Origin: Perkinsus olseni
Taxonomy: Eukaryota
Direction: 5' to 3'
NCBI GenBank assembly: GCA_013115125.1
Contig: JABANN010000313.1
Coordinates: forward strand, 1-40,330
DNA length: 40,330 nucleotides
Below the pieces are notes generated by a model, which saw only the letters and a program-made list of their open reading frames with translations, was not told the DNA's origin and ran no database searches. Position numbers and translations under genes: made by a program. Positions 33,237-40,330 of the stretch are shown here, piece after piece. Position 1 is the first letter of the stretch. Every line of letters starts with the position of its first letter.

Positions 33237-35103
33237 TCATCGTCGCTGTCCCCTCCCGGCAGTCCTAGGTGTTAGTAAAGGCCTCTGGAAGAGTCTCCTA
33301 GGGGTCAGCAGCTTCGGCCGGATACTCGCTCCGGCTGACTTTGGCCTAGCCTTAACGTTAGTAAGCTTCTTCATGCTTCTCCCACGACCAAACCGTTGGT
33401 CAGCCCGCGTCGCCAATTTCGCACGGTATTTATGGCACATTTTATTGAGGTAAGGATGCGTCACGGAGAAGGCCAGCTTACCAAAGGGTTCATCAGGCTC
33501 CCATTCACCCAGCGTGTCGAGTGAGATACGAGCCTCTCTAGCATAGGCCTCGAGCATAGCCAACATCATCTGAGAGGAGTTCCACCATGCGACATCCAAC
33601 GGTCGAATGAGGCACTATTACGAATGCGCGGCGAGGAGAAATCACGCGCACTAGCTTCGCAGCACTCACGCCACTGCACACGGGCTTTATCATGTGCAAC
33701 GGGCAGAGCCCATGCGCGTGTAAATGCATCCCCATACACCCTGTCTTTACCTGTAGCCTTCCCTTGTTCTCGGCCAGCATGAAGGGAGACACTCCACCGT
33801 TGGTCCTCTGCGTGATGTGCTTCAAGTTAACACATCTTCCAGTACTGCACAACGTTTCAACAGCCGCAAAATGTCCCTTCTCGACCGCAGCGAATAAAGC
33901 ATTGCGACCAGTACAAGTACAAGTATCGACCTTCGCTCCGCCGAGCAAGAGAACTCTTATCACCCCGTCCGCCGCGCCATTCTCGCAGGCCAAGTACAAA
34001 GGGCTCTTGCCCGAGGGCAGCACGACATTAGGATCGCATACTTTCAACAGCAACTGGATCATCTTCTCCGCTCGCTCCGGTCTCGGTGCCGTGGCAGCCA
34101 GGAAGAGGGGAGAAGGCGAGCCTTCCAGAAAGAGATTCCTGCGGCTCTGCGTGCCACTGCGGTAACCATTACTAGCATTGAGGGTCTCGCTGTTGGTCTG
34201 GGAATGAACTTCCGTTATAGCGGACCGCAGCCACAGCCTGGATGCTTGATAGGCTATGAAACCTTCGACGATGCACTCGACCAAGAGATCGTCTTGCCAG
34301 TAGCATGCCGAGCTTAGCGCCTTGGTGACCACTTCCACTAGCCTCTGATGATCGAAACCGGGGCCCTCAGCTGGGACTACAGGAAGGCGGTAGTCGATGG
34401 CGCACTGGTTGGCGAGGTATCTTATCATCACCCTTGCAGTTGACAAGTAGCCTTCACTTAGTTCAATCTTTTCAGTGTCCTTGCGCTTACGTACGAGTAG
34501 GTGCACAGGACAGTTCTGCTCGACAGAAGGGTCTCCCACGACGTTCGCCCTCGACTCTAGCAGCAGCTTAGCCATCTCCCCTGTCCTCACGTCTTGCGGA
34601 ACGAGCGTGGCCCTAGAAGCGCACTCAACCAAGGGCGCGGGTACTGGGACCGAGGCTTTGGATGACGGGTTCACCAGGGAGTACACTTCCACGGGATTCA
34701 CGACGCTCAGGAGGTACTCCAGCGTATCGCTATGACCGCCTCTCACTGCAAGCGTGAGGGCGCCGCCGGATAAGGCACCATAAGCCCATTTACGATTGCC
34801 GATAAGGCGACGAATGAATTTGGTTAACCCATAGGAGGCTGCCACGTTACAGGCATCCCGAGCGGCTTTCAAGCTTCTAGTGCTGCGCCGAGCTACGTTG
34901 ACCATGGTCAGTAGATCACCGAGGCTTTGAGGGACGACTGGGGAGTCCTTAGGTGGGTCGAAAAGTTCGATAAATTGTCGGTAAGCGCAGTTGGCGGTGA
35001 TGCTGAGCATGCCCCTATTGCATGCCATAAGGCGAGCATGGTCGAAAGAATCGCAGAACTCCAGAATGGAGAAGTATATGTCCTCTGGAACCTCCGATAA
35101 CAT
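33237..35103 (-). CDS. F-box + ankyrin-repeat protein; 2 exons (intron ~33570-33750)
   Basis: F-box-like MLSEVPEDIYFSILEFCD...ARLMACNRGM. Ankyrin motifs: ALTLAVRGGHSDTLEYLL, GKSPLYLACENG...LLLGGAKVD, GRNALFAAVEKGH, GVSPFMLAENKG. Confidence 0.8.
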
Positions 35104-35281
35104 TGTTAAATCACTTGATATTAACTGAGAAACCACCCTCAACTGAGCGCAGTACACCGGCGACCAAAGTGCGCTGTTTGACTCGCGCGCGCCATCCTGA
35201 TCGATAATCGTAGACCAGAGTTGTGTTACGTGGGGCGTAGCATTGAATAAGGTTAGATTTATCGTCGTTTTGTCGCTAATA

Positions 35282-36801
35282 ATGGGAGATTCAGCAGCTG
35301 ATGCCGAGAAGGCTAAGGGTAATGCCCTCTACAAACAACGGAAATTTGCCGAGGTAATGATGGAAGAGCACAGAAGCGGTGACCCCTGGCGGCAGTACGA
35401 CCCTCGATGGGAGTATACATGCTTGTTATCGTTATAGGCTATTGAGTGCTATGATAAGGCAATAGAGCTCCAGCCGAACGACTTGGTCTACTATAACAAT
35501 AAGGCAGCCGTGTTGGTAGAAGAGGAAAAGTACGAAGAGTGCATCAAGTTCCTCCAGGAAGCCCTTGCCAAACGGTGAGCCAAGCCCTCACTCGTGGCTG
35601 TTAGTGGTTGAAAGTCACGGATGTAGGTACGATATGAATGATGCTGTCAAGGATGGAGCCTCCTTTGAGAAGTGCGCCAAGGCTTACGTTAGGATGGCGA
35701 CCTGCTATGTCCGCATGAAGAAGTAGTAGAAGCGGTTTTCACTGAGGGAGCAAGGGTTGTGGTGATGGGTTGTTCTAGGTTCGATGATGCCATTGAGATG
35801 TATCAGAAGGCTTTGACGGAGGATAACAATCGTCATACTCGTGCCGCCCTCAACGAGTGCAAGCACCTGAAGGAGAAGCACGACAGGGAGGTGATGCGGT
35901 TCCCTGAGTCGTGAGCTTGCGAGGGTATCTTATGTTCACCCTAGGCTTACATCAACCCTGAGTTGGCTGATGAGCATCGCATGAAGGGCAATGAGTGTTT
36001 CAAGACGCGTGACTATGCTGGTGCTAAGAAGGAATACGACGAAGCCATCAAACGTAATAATACAGCCTCGTGGTTTCCGAATGATGATACCGGGACTTTC
36101 AGGCAACCCGAATGACGCCAAGTTGTATTCCAATCGCGCAGCAGCTCTCACCAAGCTCATGGCGTATCCTGATGCTCTCCGTGATCTTGACGATTGCCTC
36201 AAGGTAGGGTGTCTGGCTGTTCACTGGGTCGATAATGATGCTGGCCCTCGACTCAGATCGATCCGAAGTTCGTAAAGGCGTACAGCCGTAAGGGAACAGT
36301 CCATTTCATGATGAAGGATTATAAGAAGGCACTTGAGGATTACGAAAAGTACTGCATCTCAGCTTGCTGGTGGCTGCAGCGTCAGCTGCTCTCTTCATTA
36401 GGGGTCTGGAGATCGACCCTACCCATAAGGAGCTACTGGATGGCAAGGCTGCCGTGCTTGCCAAGGTAGTACGAGCGGCTCTATTCAAGCTGGAATCCTC
36501 TGCGCCTCTATCGATTACGTTGTAGGTCAACGAGCAGGCCCGGTCGAAGGGTGCACCGGACCCGGAGACTGTCAGGCACGCCATGCAGGATCCTGAGGTC
36601 CAGAAGATTCTCAAGGACCCTCAGATGAACATAGTGCTCCAGCAGATGCAGGAGAACCCACAGAAGGCTATGGAGGTAATGCTGTAACATCTAGGAGCTC
36701 TCTCGTAACCAGTTCTCGCGTCCCTTTAGTACATGAAAGATCCCAAGATTGCAAGTGCTTTGGATAAGCTCATCGCCTCGGGTATCGTGCGTATGGGTTA
36801 A
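35282..36801 (+). CDS. STI1: STI1/Hop-family Hsp70-Hsp90 organising co-chaperone, short form (TPR2A-TPR2B-DP2), ~10 exons
   Basis: [25 protein letters not shown]...[26 protein letters not shown]...[11 protein letters not shown]...[14 protein letters not shown] domain [27 protein letters not shown]...[20 protein letters not shown]. Confidence 0.92.
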
Positions 36802-37085
36802 AGACCTGAAAACACCATCAAGACACCTAAGTAGTTGGGGTATATCAAGAAGAGTATTATGAGTTAGCAGTAGTTAAGATTGCCATCAGTGGATATCATC
36901 CCTTCCACCGCCCCTTCTAGTCTTTGCGTTTCCTTCTGATGTCTCTTTTGCGGCCATTGTGTTCATCAATCAATTCTCCATTCTTTTAACACTGTGCCGT
37001 ATCGAGCTGGTAGGGGGGGCATACATAGCCACTTCTAAGTGAACTGCATCATATCATCATCTAACAGCTCTTCGCTTTGTCGGTC

Positions 37086-38101
37086 ATGTTTGGCGGTGGG
37101 GGCGGTGGCATTGGTATGATGGGAACAGGGTATCCCTACTCGACTGGGATGTATCCAACCTATGGAGGGGGGTATGCCGGAGGCCTAGGGATGGCGGGCA
37201 GTGTAGCGCAACAACCAGTACTGGGGACTGCCACAGAGCAACAGCAGCAGGCGGGGAATAATGCCGCAGCCACTCCTCCCAAGGAGCTGCATCCGCAGAT
37301 CAACCTCACTACTATCATAAGGTCGGTAATCGCTATGGTCTCCCCGGGTGTCTGCAACTCGAACTGCTTCTGAGCCGAAGTCGGATCGGGATTCTTCATC
37401 GTATCATCATCAGCTAGTGTGTAGGTTCCTCACCGAGTCCGCTGCCGTTTTTGAAGGGCTAAGGATGGTGCTCCAAGTCATAAGAAGCTGGGGGAGTGAA
37501 GTCTTAGGCTTCGGCGAAACCGGCCCGCTCGCGGGGGTACTGCTTCGTCAGAGTTGCTTCGGAAACGGTGAGGCTCCATCAGGTACGGAACTCAATCGTC
37601 CGGTTTTTACGGCGTGTCTTGGAATGGTTCGTACCGCGACTACGAGTTGCTCGGGAAGGCAGGGAGCTTCAGCAAGCTTGGGAGGGGAAATCGGCACCGA
37701 CCAGCGGCACATCTTGGTTAGCTTATCTTTTTGGCGGCTACGTTCTCTTCTCCCTCTTCACGGAGTACAGGCAGTACCAGCAGATAAAGAGGATTATCAG
37801 GGAAGGCCGGAAGCCTAGGAGGCCTAAGGAGGCCGGTGGGGAGTCCGATGTCGAGGAGCTACTGGAGCTGTACAAACGGAAGCAACGGGAGATGTATAGA
37901 CGGAAGCATGGCAATAATGAGGGAGGTAGTGGGGGTCCCGCGGCATTTGCCGTAGGATCGCTGCTATGCTCCGATCTTCGTCCATCAAACACGGCCGTAC
38001 TAGGTCTCACTATCTCTGCGAATCTCGTGAAGAACCTTCAATGTCTGTTGTCTCAGGTTGGAGTAGCGAGTCTCAGAGTGAATCAGAAGGGCCAGGATTG
38101 A
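37086..38101 (+). CDS. PEX13-like peroxin (YG-rich N-terminus, amphipathic helix, TM; no SH3 evident)
   Basis: MFGGGGGGIGMMGTGYPYSTGMYPTYGGGYAGG; amphipathic IIRSVIAM-FLTESAAVFEGLRMVLQVI; RFLRRVLEW; TM WLAYLFGGYVLFSLF. The assignment rests on architecture only. Confidence 0.45.
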
Positions 38102-38306
38102 TGGGGGGCTCTCCCTAATATTTCCATTTGATCGCTTGTCTCCTTGTAGGATTGCCCTCGTTAATGTCCCATTGTTGGTATAGTAGTAATATTAATTCTC
38201 TGCCGTTCCTCACTCCTGCCAACTCTATTGCGTTTGTCACAGCGAGCGGTGGATCGGTCACCTTGTAGTGATTATTCTCGCTGCCCTACCTCTTGGCATA
38301 GTCTTC

Positions 38307-39606
38307 ATGATTGAAGAGGATGTGGATTTATCTATGAAGGTAGTGTCCTCCAGCATGCCCCGATCCAGGATCCGCTCAGGTCATTGTAGTCGGAAACGGG
38401 CAGGTAGGGAAGACTTCAATGATTACGCGGTTCGCGAGGGGCGTCTTCACACAGGAGTAGCGCAACCTGCAGCATCGGGAGTAGAGTATCTTCTCTAGGC
38501 CCTGCTGATCAGGTACAAGAAGACGTTGGCGGTGGACTTTCTAGAGAAACGGTTGTGGATAGAGCCCGCAGGGGAGGAGCTAACCTTCTTTCTCTGGGAC
38601 ACTGCTGGACAGGAGGAATACGATGCCATCACCAGAGGGTGAGCATGCAGGTCATGTGCTCAAGTGGGGAGTAGGAGGTCAGGTACTACAAGGGAGCCGG
38701 AGCGGCCATAATAGCCTTCTCCACCATCGACCGAGCTTCCTTTGAAGCCGTAGAATCGTGGTATAAGAAGATCGTTGAGGAATGTGGGCAGATAGTCATG
38801 TTGCTTGTTCAGAATAAAGTAAGTCCCTGAAGACTGGATAGGACCCTTGAAGCCCCCCTCGTTCATCAAACGAGCGCCAAATCCTCAGGTTGACTTGATA
38901 GACCAAGCTGTGGTAACGGCTCAAGAGGCTGAGTCGCTCTCACGGAAACTTCGGATACCGGTACGTGATGATAGTCTCCCGTCCGCTCGCGACGGTTTCC
39001 CCTCCGCTCTTTCGGCGAACCCAGGAGCAACTGATTCTCCCCAGTTATATCGAACTTGCGTGAGTGCGAACCTGAACATCGACAACGCCTTCCTGGCTTT
39101 GGGCGAGAGGTTCCTGGCGAAGGGTGGTCATCGTTACCATCAAAGTGTTCGACGTAGGTCCCCCGCTCCCACAGGTTAGCTGTGACCAATACACGTCGCT
39201 CGGAAGCGCCTCATCTCACTGTCGCTCTGTCGTGTTTACCGAGGGGTAGACAGTAACTGCTGTTTTTCAGATATGAGTGAGTACTCTACGGTGAGCGCCA
39301 ATAGCAAGGGAGCGGCAGGGGGTCTCGACTCTGCCAGTGTGGACACGCATCATACATCATCCGTGATGGCCGCTAATCCGCCCAGGGGTGAGTATGCGAG
39401 TCGATATTGGCGAAGGATCGTCTAGTGAGAGGATCCCCGGGAGGTATCGTATGAGCTATACGTTCCGTCCATCGAAACATCGCGTTCTCGTATCCCCAGT
39501 TCTCGGTTTCTTGACAGGTTTCCAGATCGGCGCTAGCGGCAAGACACCAAGCGTTCAGCGAACGAATGGGAAGAAACATCCGTTCGCATCGTGCTCATGC
39601 ACATAG
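38307..39606 (+). CDS. RAB23: Rab23 small GTPase, multi-exon
   Basis: MIEEDVDLSMK-VIVVGNGQVGKTSMITRFARGVFTQE-YKKTLAVDFLEK...LWDTAGQEEYDAITRG-YYKGA...LVQNK-VDLIDQAVV...LYRTCV; C-terminus PSVQRTNGKKHPFASCSCT* resembles Rab23. Confidence 0.88.
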
Positions 39607-40330
39607 GAGTGGTAAAACGCGAATCTATAATGCATGCGATGACGTTCACTATGCGCCCGTTCAGCTGTTCGGCAATACGTAGGGTTGTGTTTATTGTTTG
39701 GGGAGTCAATTTGACTCAGTCGCCTGTTGTGTTGCTCAACAGCCGCGCGGAAATCGGCTAGTGGCCGATGATCACTCAACGGCCCGTACTGCATCGGGCT
39801 GGGAGGTACAGACCAGAGCTGAAGACACGTTACGAGTAACAACGACTGTAAGCATTCGGGTTTCCTCTGCTGCAATATTTCGCGGTTGAAAGCGACTATA
39901 CTGCGCTGCTCTATGTCTTGCACTAGAGAGGTCTCGGACTTGCGTCTCGAACACCCTTTTCAAGTGAATCTGTGGTGGTGTTCGAACTCAAGGCCTTGCC
40001 TACATAGACTTGTGTGATTCTATCGTGTCCGGCTTTCCTCTGGTCCCGGATGGACGTGTGGATTGCAAACGGAGTCCCAGACTACAAGATGAGGATACTG
40101 ATACTGGATATGTGTCTGAGTGATCTGGGGTTCGAACCCTCGCGGAGCGTGTCCAGTGAGTCCCACGTCCACCTCCGTAACCACTCGGGCAAACACTCTG
40201 GCAAACACTCTGTAATTTCGCTCAGTCTCTGACTTCTGTCGTCCTAGACGCAAGTACGGGTTGCAAACGAACCCATTCAGGAAGATACTACAGGACTCCG
40301 ACTCATAAAACGTACTTGAGTACTGTGGGG

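Noticed and set aside
22838-39606. Functional ciliary gene cluster (TTC12, Rab23, coiled-coil proteins)
   Set aside because: The genes are interspersed with unrelated ones and the coiled-coil proteins are unidentified, so co-location is plausibly chance.
39620-40330. Possible 3' part of a minus-strand gene, and a short ggcaaacactct duplication at ~40188-40211
   Set aside because: I could not derive a consistent spliced reading or a recognisable domain, and the duplication is only two short units.
1-40330. CRISPR arrays, tRNA/rRNA genes, transposase or reverse-transcriptase remnants, stop-codon recoding
   Set aside because: None recognised by eye. Apparent in-frame stops and frameshifts in recognisable genes are explained by GT-AG introns.

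Overview
Gene-dense eukaryotic DNA with many short (mostly ~45-110 nt) GT-AG introns. This style suggests a Perkinsus-like alveolate, but that is inference only. After splicing by eye, the recognisable genes are a DnaJ protein, a secreted Cys-rich GCC2/GCC3-type protein, an NRDE-2-like protein, Sec61-alpha, a SNAP-25-like Qbc SNARE, an EamA/DMT transporter, an SV2-like MFS transporter, a TTC12-like TPR-ARM protein, an F-box/ankyrin protein, a short STI1/Hop, a PEX13-like protein and Rab23, plus several hypotheticals. The standout is a tandem pair of intronless paralogues (13877-16084 and 16809-19766). They carry 5 and 8 intact cytochrome b5 heme-binding domains, each array fused to a C-terminal membrane domain that resembles the bacterial di-heme SdhC/FrdC (b558-family, type-B SQR/QFR) anchor, with four conserved His. 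The predicted products are 7- and 10-heme b-type 'wires' plugged into a membrane, and no SdhA/SdhB partner is present in the window. All family assignments come from motif recognition, not database searches. Exon boundaries are hand-derived.
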